From contig OY970218.1 in assembly GCA_963713975.1 (NCBI GenBank), forward strand, positions 544,001-608,000: a stretch of 64,000 bases of DNA. Direction: 5' to 3'. The translations under genes were made by a program, and so were the position numbers. The DNA is from an uncultured Chloroflexia bacterium (GTDB lineage: Bacteria; Chloroflexota; Limnocylindria; Limnocylindrales; CSP1-4). Each line of letters opens with the position of its first letter. The stretch's first letter is position 1. Below the pieces are notes generated by a model, which saw nothing but the letters and a program-made list of their open reading frames with translations, made no database searches and had not been told where the DNA came from. Shown piece by piece: positions 28,791 to 38,380 of this stretch.

Positions 28791-29512
28791 GACCCGGTTT
28801 GTGGATCTTCCAGCCCGGGGGCCCGCGGACCTGGAAGCGCGATGACGTCGGGCTCGACGTCCAGGTGGTCCTCGGCCAACCCCCTACCGGGGCGCAGCGC
28901 CAAGGGCCGCCTGATCGCGATCCGGACGGCCCGCCGGCGCGCTGCGGCCTCCCGTGCCGCGGAACCACTCTTCGTCGCGGCGCCCCGGGCCGCCGGGCCG
29001 ACCTTCCCAATCACAACTCGCGCAGTCGGGGCCGCCTTCGACGCTGCCGCTGTTGCCACGGATGCCGCCTTCGCGGTCGCACGGCCGGCCCCCCGGGTGC
29101 CGGTGACCGCCAGACGGCTGCCTCCTCGAACGGCCTTGCCCGTCGTTCGCACGCTGGCCCGGACGGTCCACGCCGTCGCGACGGCCATGGTGCGGAGATC
29201 CTCGGCCAGGTCGCCATCCGCCAGGCCGACCGCGTCGAGGTGCCGGCGACGTCGCTCAGGGTCGAGCCCGGCCATCGCGAACTTGAGCGCCGCGATGGCG
29301 AAGGCGATGTCATCGAGCTGGCCCAGGACGGGGATCACGCCCGGCACGAGGTCGACGGGCGACACGAGGTAGCCCGCCGCGGCCACGACCGCGGCGCGAC
29401 GAACGCGGCCGAGCATCGGGTCACGGCCGAGGCCCCACGCCAGACGTAGGTACGCCGGCATCCGCCGCAGGGTTGCGGTGGTGCGCGCGCGCGGGAACGG
29501 GTCGTCGGCCAT
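28787..29512 (-). CDS. YkvA/DUF1232 family protein
   Basis: YLVSPVDLVPGVIPVLGQLDD motif. Confidence 0.88.
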   Translation of the reverse strand: MADDPFPRARTTATLRRMPAYLRLAWGLGRDPMLGRVRRAAVVAAAGYLVSPVDLVPGVIPVLGQLDDIAFAIAALKFAMAGLDPERRRRHLDAVGLADGDLAEDLRTMAVATAWTVRASVRTTGKAVRGGSRLAVTGTRGAGRATAKAASVATAAASKAAPTARVVIGKVGPAARGAATKSGSAAREAAARRRAVRIAIRRPLALRPGRGLAEDHLDVEPDVIALPGPRAPGLEDPQTGS

Positions 29513-29650
29513 CGGTGCTCCTGTGTCCTCTCCCGATCCTAGCCCGAGACGCCGCTGGGCGCCGGAGGCCCGGAGGACACGGGCTCACGCCATCCGTCAG
29601 GTGCCGGCCATCGCTCGATGACCGGTCTCCCGTTCGCTACCAGTTCGGGA

Positions 29651-30418
29651 TCAGCCCTCGCGCCACTTCATCAGGCCGAATGCGGCGCCTTCGGGGTCCC
29701 CCAGGACCGCGAAGCGGCCACCCGGGAAGTCCGTCGGTCCCAGCATCTCGTGCCCGCCGAGCTCGATCGCCTTCGCGCAGGCCGCATCGATATCGTCCGT
29801 CGCAAAGTAGACCAGCCAGTAGCTGGGAACCTCAGACGGGACCATGTCGGGCATCTCCATCCCGCCGGCGACCGAGTGGCCGTCCACCTGGAACTCCGTG
29901 TACTGCCCGCCCTGGGGCATGTCGGAGCTCTTGGCCGCCCAGCCGAAGACGTCCGCGTAGAACGACGTCACCTTGTCGAACCCGCGCGCGTTCAGCTCGG
30001 CCCAGGCGAAGGTGCCCGGGGCGTCCGAGGCAAAGCCGCGCATCTCCTTGGCCTGCCAGGCGCCAAAGACCGCGCCGGCGGGGTCGGCAAAGACGGCCAT
30101 CCAGCCCTGCGGCCCGATCTCCATCGGCGGGGCGATGACCGCGCCGCCAGCCGCGGTGACCTTCGCAGCGAGGGCTGTGATGTCAGGCGTGCCGACGTAC
30201 ATCGACCACACGGTCGGCTGTCCGGGCATCTGCTTGGGTCCCAGGCCGGCGAGATCCTTGCCGCCGGTCCTTGCCATCGTGTAGCCGCCGTACTTGGGAT
30301 CGGGCTCGTCGATGTTCCAGCCCAGGACGCCCGTGTAGAAGGCCCCGGCCATCTTCGTGTCATCGGTCGCGAGGTCAACCCAGACAACCTTCTCCGTGGC
30401 CATCGCTGCTTCCGCCAT
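29651..30418 (-). CDS. Two-domain VOC/glyoxalase family protein (Cfp32-like)
   Basis: WVDLAT..FYTGVLGW / WAELNA..FYADVFGW and DPAGAVFG / DPEGAAFG repeats. Confidence 0.92.
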   Translation of the reverse strand: MAEAAMATEKVVWVDLATDDTKMAGAFYTGVLGWNIDEPDPKYGGYTMARTGGKDLAGLGPKQMPGQPTVWSMYVGTPDITALAAKVTAAGGAVIAPPMEIGPQGWMAVFADPAGAVFGAWQAKEMRGFASDAPGTFAWAELNARGFDKVTSFYADVFGWAAKSSDMPQGGQYTEFQVDGHSVAGGMEMPDMVPSEVPSYWLVYFATDDIDAACAKAIELGGHEMLGPTDFPGGRFAVLGDPEGAAFGLMKWREG

Positions 30419-30666
30419 GGTGCACCTCTCGGAACGCTGGACCGGCCCAGGGGACGGGCGGGTCCGTTCGCGGCAGTATGGGCGGCTTGGGTGAATCGTG
30501 GCGCCGGCGATCTCCTCGAGACCACCAAGGGTCCGAAGTGCGTAAGCGGCAGATAAGTGGCGCCGCGTAGCGTTGGGCCCGGACCTCCGACCCGCAGGAC
30601 GTGCCCCCTATGGGGCGGAGGTCACCCCATTGCCCCCGCCGGGCCCGCCGGGGAGACGTCCGACCC

Positions 30667-31377
30667 GTGGAGCCCTCCAGTGCGCCTTGGCGCGTCCTCG
30701 AGACAACCGAACCCGCACCGCCCGAGCCCGGACCCGCGTCGCGCAGCCTGCCGTGGCCGGCCATCGCAGCAGCGATCGTCGCCGTGTTCGTGGCCGTCGC
30801 GGCCATCCTGGTCACCGCACGACCCGAACCGGTCATCGGCATCGATGGCGCGGCTGACTTGCGCGCCGGAGCCGCTGGACCAGGGGGGACCCGGTCCGCC
30901 GATCCGGCGTCATCTCCCCCGGACCTCGTCGTGGCGGTGAGTGGCGCCGTGCAGCGGCCCGGGGTGTACCGCCTCCACGCAGGGGCGCGGGTCGGGGACG
31001 CGATCGGTGCGGCGGGCGGGTACGGGGCCACCGTGGACGCCGATCTGGTCGACCGGCAGCTCAACCTGGCGGCCGTGGTGAGCGACGGCGAAAAGATCCG
31101 CGTGCCCGTGCGTGGCGAGACGGGGGTCGTGGAAGGGGGCGGCGCGGGCACCGTCGTTTCCGGCGGCGCTCCCGTCGCCGGCGGGCCGGTGGACCTGAAC
31201 CGCGCATCGGCCGAGGCGCTGGACACGCTGCCGGGCGTCGGGCCGGTGACGGTCGCGAAGATCATCGCCGCCCGCGAGGAGCAGCCGTTCGCGGGTGTGG
31301 ACGACCTCCTGGCCCGTAAGATCGTGGGTGCGGCCACGCTCGAGAAGATCCGCCCGCTCGCCACCGCCGTACCGTGA
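30667..31377 (+). CDS. comEA: Competence DNA-binding protein ComEA
   Basis: TM segment, SLBB (VSGAVQRPGVY) and HhH (VDLNRAS..LDTLPGVGP). Confidence 0.93.
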   Translation: MEPSSAPWRVLETTEPAPPEPGPASRSLPWPAIAAAIVAVFVAVAAILVTARPEPVIGIDGAADLRAGAAGPGGTRSADPASSPPDLVVAVSGAVQRPGVYRLHAGARVGDAIGAAGGYGATVDADLVDRQLNLAAVVSDGEKIRVPVRGETGVVEGGGAGTVVSGGAPVAGGPVDLNRASAEALDTLPGVGPVTVAKIIAAREEQPFAGVDDLLARKIVGAATLEKIRPLATAVP

Positions 31378-34055
31378 GCGGCGCGCCCGCGAGGGTGCCG
31401 CGGACCGCCTGGGTCGCAGCCGGAGCCGCGGCCGCAGCGGCCTGGACGTGGCTCGGGCTGCCCGGCATTGCACCGCTCGTGGTGGGCCTCGGAGCGCTCG
31501 CGATCGGGCTGGCGGCGCGCCCACCCAGGAGCGGGCCGACCGTCGCCACCATCGCGGCGGGAGCAGGCGCCCTCCTGATCGGGCTGCGGGTCCTCCTGGG
31601 CCCGGCGACGACACCGCCGCCGCCACTTCCGGAAGGCTCGGGTCCATGGATGGCCACGGTCCTGTCCGTTGGCTCGCCACTTGACGGCCAGCAGACCGCC
31701 CGCATCGACCTGCGGGTGGATCCCGGCCCCGTCCAGGTCGCGGGAATGCTGCCGGCCTTCCCGGGGATCCGGGCCGGGGACGCGATCGAGGTGCGTGGCC
31801 GCCTGCGTCCACCGCCCGAGGATGACCCGTACGGCGAGTATCTCCGGCGGACCGGCGCCGCCGGCAGCCTCCGGGCCACGGCCGTGCGGGTCGTGTCGGC
31901 CGCGGAGGGGATCACGCTCCAGTCCGTCCGCGATGGAGCAGGTGACGCGCTGCGCCTCGCCCTGCCGGAGCCCGAGGCGGGGCTCGCAGCCGGGATCCTG
32001 ATCGGCCTTCGCGAACGGGTGGACCGGGCGCTCGCCGCGGACTTCGCCACGGCGGGGGCAAGCCACATCGTCGCCATCTCGGGCTGGAACATCGCCATCG
32101 TCGCCGGCATCGTCGGAGCGGCGATGCGCGGCCGCTCGCGACGGGTCGTGGCCATCGCCGTCGCTGGCACGATCGGGGCCTACGTCCTGGCGGCCGGGGC
32201 GTCGCCGTCCGTGGTGCGGGCGGCCGTGATGGCGGCCGTCGTGCTCGGAGCCCGCGAGTCCGGACGCGCCGCCCGGGCACCCGCCGCGCTGGCCCTGGCC
32301 GCGGCCGGAATGCTATTCGTGGAGCCGACGATGATCGGCGACGCCGGGTTCCGCCTGTCGGTGGCCGCGACGGCCGGGTTGCTTGCCTGGGGCACGCCAC
32401 TCGGGCGGTGGATCGGTGGTCTTGGCGGCGGCCGGGTGCCCGGATGGCTCGCCGAGGCGCTCGGGATCTCGCTCGCGGCGCAGGCTGCGACGCTGCCAGA
32501 CGTGCTCATGACCTTCGGGCGACTGTCGCTCGTGTCGCCGGCCGTCAACCTCGCGGTCGTGCCCCTCGTGCCGGCCGCCATGGGCGCCGGGGTGCTCGCC
32601 ATGGCGGCCGGTGGCGCGACGATGCTGGGGCTGCCGGGCATTATCACCACAGTCGCGGGGCTCCCGGCCTGGCTGCTCCTCCACGTGATGGTGGGGGTCG
32701 TGCGGTTCGCGGCAGGCCTGCCGTTCGCCGCCGTCACGATCCCGCCGCAAGCGGGTTGGGCCGTGGCTCTCGCAGCCGCGGCGCTCGTCCTGCTCGCCCC
32801 AAGGCTGCTGAGGGAGGTGGCCCGTCGACAGGGCCGGCGCCACCGTCGACGAGCGACGGGAGCCAAGCCATCAGCCGGCAGCCGTCGGGCCAGCCCGCCA
32901 CGGATCTCGCGCCTGCACCGAGTCGTGCTGGGCGTGGCCGCGGTGGTGGTCGCCGTCTCGACCCTCGCCCTCGGCGATGCGGCAGGGAGATCGACCCGCC
33001 TGGTCCTGCTGGACGTCGGCCAGGGTGACGCGATCCTCGTCGAGAGCCGGGGCGGTGGCCGGATGCTGGTCGATGGCGGGCCGGACCCGGACCGGCTGCT
33101 CGTGGAGCTGGATACCCGGATCCCACCGTGGGACCGGCGGATCGACGTCGTCGTGCTCACGCACCCCCACGAGGACCACGTCGCGGGGCTCGTACGCGTG
33201 CTCGAGCGATACCGGGTGGGACGCGTCTTCGAGCCCGGGATGCGGGGGCCGGGTCCGGGCTGGGCGGCCTGGGACGAGGCTCTCGCCCATGGCCCTCAGC
33301 GGGCAACCCTGGCCGCCGGTGCGGTGCTCCGCCTCGACGAGATCCGACTCCGCGTCCTGTGGCCCCAGCCCGGCGTTCCCGCAGCCGCCGCTTCCACGGG
33401 GCGTGGGATCAACGACACCTCGATCATCCTCCTGGGCGAGGCCGATGGGCGGCGATTCCTCCTGACCGGCGACGCGGAGGAGGACGTCGATCCACGGCTC
33501 GTGGCGGCCGGGGTGCAGCACGTCGACGTCCTCAAGGTCGCCCACCACGGCAGCGCCACGGCGACCAGCGCGGAGCTGCTGGCGGCTACGCAGCCGTCGC
33601 TCGCCCTGATCTCGGTCGGCGCGGACAACGACTACGGGCATCCGGCACCGTCGACCCTCGCCAGGCTCCGTGATGTCGGTGCCCGCGTCCGCCGGACGGA
33701 TCTCGAGGGCACCATCGAGGTCGATCTCCGCCGGGAGGGGCTCGCCGTCACGACATCCGGCGCACGCCGCACGGCGCTCGTGACGGGTCCTGTCCCTCGC
33801 ACCGCCGACACCGGCTACGATTCCGGGCATGACCGTCCCGGCGCGCCGCGAGGCCGCCAGCCTGCTGCACTCCCTGGACCCACCCGAGTGGTCCCTGCGA
33901 CACGCGTGCGCCGTCGCAGACGTGGCGTCCTGGCTGGCGCACGCGATCGCGCGGTCCGGTCATCCGGTGGACATCCGTGCCGTCGAGGCCGCCGCGCTGC
34001 TGCACGACGTGGACAAGCTCCCGGACGGGCACCAGGACGGTCTCCGCCACGGTGA
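31374..34055 (+). CDS. comEC: DNA internalisation competence protein ComEC/Rec2
   Basis: HIVAISGWN competence domain. MBL domain DVGQGD, THPHEDH and KVAHHGS. The ORF tail overlaps the next gene. Confidence 0.93.
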   Translation: MSGAPARVPRTAWVAAGAAAAAAWTWLGLPGIAPLVVGLGALAIGLAARPPRSGPTVATIAAGAGALLIGLRVLLGPATTPPPPLPEGSGPWMATVLSVGSPLDGQQTARIDLRVDPGPVQVAGMLPAFPGIRAGDAIEVRGRLRPPPEDDPYGEYLRRTGAAGSLRATAVRVVSAAEGITLQSVRDGAGDALRLALPEPEAGLAAGILIGLRERVDRALAADFATAGASHIVAISGWNIAIVAGIVGAAMRGRSRRVVAIAVAGTIGAYVLAAGASPSVVRAAVMAAVVLGARESGRAARAPAALALAAAGMLFVEPTMIGDAGFRLSVAATAGLLAWGTPLGRWIGGLGGGRVPGWLAEALGISLAAQAATLPDVLMTFGRLSLVSPAVNLAVVPLVPAAMGAGVLAMAAGGATMLGLPGIITTVAGLPAWLLLHVMVGVVRFAAGLPFAAVTIPPQAGWAVALAAAALVLLAPRLLREVARRQGRRHRRRATGAKPSAGSRRASPPRISRLHRVVLGVAAVVVAVSTLALGDAAGRSTRLVLLDVGQGDAILVESRGGGRMLVDGGPDPDRLLVELDTRIPPWDRRIDVVVLTHPHEDHVAGLVRVLERYRVGRVFEPGMRGPGPGWAAWDEALAHGPQRATLAAGAVLRLDEIRLRVLWPQPGVPAAAASTGRGINDTSIILLGEADGRRFLLTGDAEEDVDPRLVAAGVQHVDVLKVAHHGSATATSAELLAATQPSLALISVGADNDYGHPAPSTLARLRDVGARVRRTDLEGTIEVDLRREGLAVTTSGARRTALVTGPVPRTADTGYDSGHDRPGAPRGRQPAALPGPTRVVPATRVRRRRRGVLAGARDRAVRSSGGHPCRRGRRAAARRGQAPGRAPGRSPPR

Positions 34056-34452
34056 AGGCTCCGCGGCCTGGCTTGAGGCACGCGGTCACGGCGAGCTGGC
34101 GGCGCTGGTGCGTGACCATCCCGTGACGCGCCTCGCCGACGACCTGGACGCCGAGCGCCTCGAGACGGCCCCACTCGAGGCCAAGGTGGTCGCCTATGCC
34201 GACAAGCGGGCGGGCCAGCGCCTGGAGCCCATGGCCGCCCGCTTCGCCTCGTGGAGACGCCGCTACCCACCCGGGTCCGGGGCCCGGGTCAAGCGGACGG
34301 GCGGAACGGCGTGGGACGAGGCGACGTTCGCGCTGGCGGAGGCGCGCGCCATCGCCCTGGAGCAGCAGGTCTGCGCCGCTGCCGGTGTCGCGCCCGCCGA
34401 CGTGCGTCGCCTTCACTGGTCGCGACGTGCCCTGCGGGAGGCCGCCGGGTGA
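33829..34452 (+). CDS. HD-domain phosphohydrolase
   Basis: H...LLHDVDK...H...H...YADKR metal ligands. Probable leaderless start, with TACGAT 7 nt upstream. Confidence 0.88.
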   Translation: MTVPARREAASLLHSLDPPEWSLRHACAVADVASWLAHAIARSGHPVDIRAVEAAALLHDVDKLPDGHQDGLRHGEGSAAWLEARGHGELAALVRDHPVTRLADDLDAERLETAPLEAKVVAYADKRAGQRLEPMAARFASWRRRYPPGSGARVKRTGGTAWDEATFALAEARAIALEQQVCAAAGVAPADVRRLHWSRRALREAAG

Positions 34453-35516
34453 CGGCCCCCGTGATCGCCTACTACCGCGGCGGGGACGGGTTCGCGCTCG
34501 ACCGGGCGGTGGCGAAGATCGCGACGCGCCTGGAGCAGGACACGGGCGCCGCCCCGGACCGCTGGCGCGTCACGGGCGTGGAGACCAGCGCGGACCAGAT
34601 CGCGGAGCGCGTCGGGACCGCGCCGATGTTCGGTGGCGGCTGCGTGGCGGTGGTCACCGACCCGGGGGCCCTGCTGCGCTCCAAGGACGCCCGCGAAGCC
34701 CTCGGCCGGGCGCTCGGAGTCGTCGCCCCCGGCAATGCGCTCGTGTTCGTGGAACAGGGTGACGCCGGCACGAAGCGCCCCGCGATGCTGCAGGGTCTCG
34801 AGGCCTCGGTCCTCAAGGCGGGGGGCGAATCGAGGGCGTTCGCAGCACCGAGAGCCGGCGAGCTCTCCGGCTGGCTGCGCAACCTGGCCGACGAGCGCGG
34901 CCTGGTGCTCGAGCGTGACGCCTCGGACGAGCTCGCCCGCCGTGTGGGCGGGTTCGTGAGCGAGGGTGACGTGGATCGCCAGCGGCAGGGAACCCTCGCC
35001 GCCGCCGAGCTTGAGAAGCTGGCCATCTACCGCCAGGCGGCCCCGATCACGGTCGCTGATGTGCGGGCGCTCGTCCCCGAGGTCGTCCCCGACTCGACGT
35101 GGGCGATGCTGGACGCGCTCGCCGAGCGCCGAGTGGACGTCGCGGCGCCGCTGCTCGACCGGCTGCTGGAGTCGACCCCGCTGCCGGTCGTCATCGTCCA
35201 GCTCCACCGCCGCCTCCGGGAGCTGCTGATCGCCGCCGACCACATCGCGGCCGGCAGCCGTCCGCCCGACATCGTCAAGGCGATCGGCGGGCACCCGTTC
35301 CGTGCCCAGAAGCTCGTGGAGCAGGCGCGCCGCTGGACGCTCCCGGAGCTCGATGCCGCGCTGGAGGGCGTGCTGGAGCTGGACGCGATGATCAAGGGGG
35401 CGGTCGATGCTGCGTCCACGGAGCGCCAGGTCCGGCTGGCGTTCACGCTGTGGGTCGAGGACAGGGTCGCGATCAGGCGGCCGGGATCGTCAGCGCCGCC
35501 AGCCCGGTCGAGGTAG
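34449..35516 (+). CDS. holA: DNA polymerase III subunit delta
   Basis: Conserved position after comEC. TAPMFGG, AELEKLAIY, HPFRAQKL and ELDAMIKG. Confidence 0.88.
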   Translation: MTAPVIAYYRGGDGFALDRAVAKIATRLEQDTGAAPDRWRVTGVETSADQIAERVGTAPMFGGGCVAVVTDPGALLRSKDAREALGRALGVVAPGNALVFVEQGDAGTKRPAMLQGLEASVLKAGGESRAFAAPRAGELSGWLRNLADERGLVLERDASDELARRVGGFVSEGDVDRQRQGTLAAAELEKLAIYRQAAPITVADVRALVPEVVPDSTWAMLDALAERRVDVAAPLLDRLLESTPLPVVIVQLHRRLRELLIAADHIAAGSRPPDIVKAIGGHPFRAQKLVEQARRWTLPELDAALEGVLELDAMIKGAVDAASTERQVRLAFTLWVEDRVAIRRPGSSAPPARSR

Positions 35517-35540
35517 GTCCCAGCCCGGTCGAGGCAGGTC
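35499..35540. repeat. 21-bp tandem duplication at the holA stop
   Basis: CCAGCCCGGTCGAGGTAGGTC followed by CCAGCCCGGTCGAGGCAGGTC. Confidence 0.75.
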
Positions 35541-35549
35541 CCAGGGACA

Positions 35550-35804
35550 TCAGTCCGCGGACGACCAGGCCTCCTCCTGCATCACGAGGTCGCTCTCGAT
35601 CGCGAACACGCAGCGGCCGTCGCCCACGTCCAGCAGCTCGATCAGCTCGGGATCGATGTACAGCTGGTGGCAGTCCTCGCACAGCCCGCCGGGGATGCCG
35701 AAGCACAGTCGCTCGGTGCGGTCGGACAGCCGGAACGTGGTGTCGAAGCGCGTGATGATGAGGCGTCGGCTGCATCCAGGGCAACGATCTCGCAGGCCCG
35801 ACAT
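35550..35804 (-). CDS. Small Zn-ribbon-like hypothetical protein
   Basis: 84 aa with CPGC and CEDC pairs and GC-typical codon usage. Confidence 0.65.
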   Translation of the reverse strand: MSGLRDRCPGCSRRLIITRFDTTFRLSDRTERLCFGIPGGLCEDCHQLYIDPELIELLDVGDGRCVFAIESDLVMQEEAWSSAD

Positions 35805-35937
35805 CGGTGGCGCTTCTCCGGGTGGCGCCGGTCATTGCGACCGACGTCCTGATCCGGATGCTAGGAGGGGTCCCGGGCGCCCGGCATGACCCAGCGGTAC
35901 CGCTCGACCCGGTACTCCGCCGGGCCCGACGCGCCAA

Positions 35938-36387
35938 CTACTGGACCCGCACCACGACCTTCGCGCCGGACCAGTGGCGCTCCAGCTGGTAGAAGTCGCG
36001 CTCCGGCGGCGTGAACACGTGGACGATGACGCTCCCGTAGTCGATGAGCACCCAGTGGGACTGCGACGTGCCCTCGCGTCCGATGGGCTTGACCCGCTCG
36101 TCCCGCAGCCCTTCGACGATGCCGTCGGCGATGGCGCTGATCTGGCGCTCCGAGCCGCCAGAGCAGATCACGAAGGCGTCGGCGAGGGTCGTCAGGTCAC
36201 CCAGGTCGAGCAGCACGATGTCTGCCGCCTTCTTGTCCTCCGCGAGCTCCACGATCCGCCGCGCGAGGTCAAGCGGCGCGAGGTCGGACGCGGGCGCCGC
36301 GGTGTCGCGGGCCGGGAGTCCATCGGGGCGCTGGGTTGCGGAGTGGACGGGATCGGTCACGTGGTCTGGGTCCTCCGGGAGGGTCAC
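35938..36387 (-). CDS. rsfS: Ribosome silencing factor
   Basis: EDKKAADIVLLD, WVLIDYGSVIVHVF and FYQLERHW. Confidence 0.95.
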   Translation of the reverse strand: MTLPEDPDHVTDPVHSATQRPDGLPARDTAAPASDLAPLDLARRIVELAEDKKAADIVLLDLGDLTTLADAFVICSGGSERQISAIADGIVEGLRDERVKPIGREGTSQSHWVLIDYGSVIVHVFTPPERDFYQLERHWSGAKVVVRVQ

Positions 36388-37043
36388 TGATAGAGGCGAT
36401 GATCGGCGATGTAGCCGGCAACCGCATCCGGCACGAGGTAGCGCACCGAACGCCCGGCGGCGGCCCGCCGGCGCACCACGCTACCCGAGATCGGCAAGAG
36501 GGGCCCTGGCAGGAAGGTGACCCGGTCCTCGAGACCCGGAAAGCGTGCCGCGACCCAGGCCGTGTCCAGGGGCTCGTAGCCGTCGCGGGGCACGACCGCA
36601 AGGCGACAAAGGGCGAGGATCCGGACGGGGTTCCGCCACGTGGGCAGGCCTGCCAGTGCCTCCGCCGAGAGGATGAACCACGGCTCCACGATCCCTCGTT
36701 CGCGCAGCGCCTCGAGCGTGTCCACGGTGTAGGAGGCCCCGCCCCGCTCCACCTCCAGGCGACTCAGCTCGAACGACGGGTTGCCCGAGATCGCGAGCCC
36801 GACCATCGCCACCCGGTCCGCGGCCTCCGTGACCGGACGGTCTGGCTTGTGAGGAGGCGTTGCAGCCGGCATGAAGATGACCCGCTCCAGCCCGAGCGCC
36901 TCGCGGGCCTCCTCGGCGATCGCCAGGTGCCCGTGGTGGACGGGATCGAAGGTGCCACCCAGGACGCCCGCCGACCCAGGCGTGATCGGGGTCGGCGGCG
37001 CAACGTCGGCGAGGGGGGCAAGGCCGATCGGGCCGTCCCTCAC
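36384..37043 (-). CDS. nadD: Nicotinate-nucleotide adenylyltransferase
   Basis: GGTFDPVHHGHL, SYTVDTL and ISGSVVR motifs. GTGA overlap with obgE. Confidence 0.95.
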   Translation of the reverse strand: MRDGPIGLAPLADVAPPTPITPGSAGVLGGTFDPVHHGHLAIAEEAREALGLERVIFMPAATPPHKPDRPVTEAADRVAMVGLAISGNPSFELSRLEVERGGASYTVDTLEALRERGIVEPWFILSAEALAGLPTWRNPVRILALCRLAVVPRDGYEPLDTAWVAARFPGLEDRVTFLPGPLLPISGSVVRRRAAAGRSVRYLVPDAVAGYIADHRLYQ

Positions 37044-38329
37044 CGCTCCTCCTCGGGCGGCTCCCATTCCAGCTCGGTGACGCCGATACGGACCGTGTCG
37101 CCGGGTCGGATGCCCGCCTTGCGCAGCGCACCATCGACCCCGAGCCTCACGAGCTCGCGCTGGAACCGCTGCGCGGATTCCTCGTTCTCGAAGTTGGTCT
37201 GCACAGCCAGCCGCTCGATTCGCTTGCCCTTGACCTGGAACGCGCCATCCGGGCGCTCCAGCGTGAACCCGTCACCGGCCGCCTCGAGACGGTGGACGAC
37301 CACCCCGGCCGGCTCTGGGGGGTCGCCAAAGCCATCGACGTCCGGCAGCAGGCCCCCGATCGCGTCCCGCAGCCCGTCCAGCCCGATCTCCTCCACGGCG
37401 GAGATCTCGAGAGCCGGGAGGCCGGCCGCCCGCATGGCGGTCTCGAACGCCGGCCACGCCTCGCGCGCCGCCGCCAGGTCCATCTTGTTGAAGACCGTGA
37501 TCATCGGCTTCGCGAGCAGTGCCGGGTCGTGGGCCCTGAGCTCCTCGCGGATGACGTCGTGGTCCCAGGCCGGGTCCCGCGAGGTGCCATCCACAAGGTG
37601 GAGCAGCACCCTCGTCCGCTCGACGTGACGCAGGAAGGCGTGACCGAGGCCCGCCCCGGACGAGGCGCCCTCGATGAGGCCGGGGACGTCGGCGATGGTC
37701 GGCCGGCGGCCGTCGTCGATCCCCAGGTCCATGACGCCCAGGTTGGGCTCGAGGGTGGTGAACGGGTAGTCGGCGATCTTGGGCGTGGCGGCGGTGAGCG
37801 CCGCGAGCAGCGTGGACTTGCCCGCGTTCGGCAGGCCCACGAGGCCCACGTCTGCGATGAGCCGCAGCTCCAGGCGCAGCTCCTTCTCCTCGCCGGGCTC
37901 GCCGCGCTGCGCATGCTTGGGGGCCTGGTGCGTCGCGGTGGCGAAGTGGACGTTGCCGAGGCCGCCGCGCCCTCCCTTCGCGACCATCACCTGCTGGCCG
38001 ACGGCCACCAGGTCCGCGATGAGCCCGCCTTCGGCAGTGTCGATGACCGCCGTGCCGGGCGGAACGTCCAGGTAGAGGTCCTCTCCGGCCTTGCCATGGC
38101 GCTTCTGGCGCTCGCCCCGGCCACCGGGCGTCGCAGAGAAGCGGTGCTTGAAGCGGAAATCGTGGAGCGCGGTCTGGCCCGCATCGACGCGGAGGTAGAT
38201 GGAGCCGCCCCGTCCACCGTCGCCGCCATCGGGACCACCCCGGGGGACATGCGCCTCGCGCCGCATGGTGGCCGCTCCGTCACCGCCAGCGCCGGCGCGC
38301 ACGGAGATCAGGACATCGTCGAGGAACAT
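37040..38329 (-). CDS. obgE: GTPase ObgE/CgtA
   Basis: Gly-rich Obg fold GGPDGGDGGRGG, GLPNAGKS, YPFTT, DVPG, NKMD and a C-terminal OCT domain. Confidence 0.97.
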   Translation of the reverse strand: MFLDDVLISVRAGAGGDGAATMRREAHVPRGGPDGGDGGRGGSIYLRVDAGQTALHDFRFKHRFSATPGGRGERQKRHGKAGEDLYLDVPPGTAVIDTAEGGLIADLVAVGQQVMVAKGGRGGLGNVHFATATHQAPKHAQRGEPGEEKELRLELRLIADVGLVGLPNAGKSTLLAALTAATPKIADYPFTTLEPNLGVMDLGIDDGRRPTIADVPGLIEGASSGAGLGHAFLRHVERTRVLLHLVDGTSRDPAWDHDVIREELRAHDPALLAKPMITVFNKMDLAAAREAWPAFETAMRAAGLPALEISAVEEIGLDGLRDAIGGLLPDVDGFGDPPEPAGVVVHRLEAAGDGFTLERPDGAFQVKGKRIERLAVQTNFENEESAQRFQRELVRLGVDGALRKAGIRPGDTVRIGVTELEWEPPEEER

Positions 38330-38380
38330 CGCGGGTATTGTCGCACGGCCCGGCGGTGGGCCCGCCGGCAGGCTCCGGCG

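Noticed and set aside
33829-34452. HD protein as the YqeK Ap4A hydrolase
   Set aside because: It lacks the YqeK HTxG motif, and its YADKR...RF tail looks like another HDIG subfamily. No symbol was assigned.
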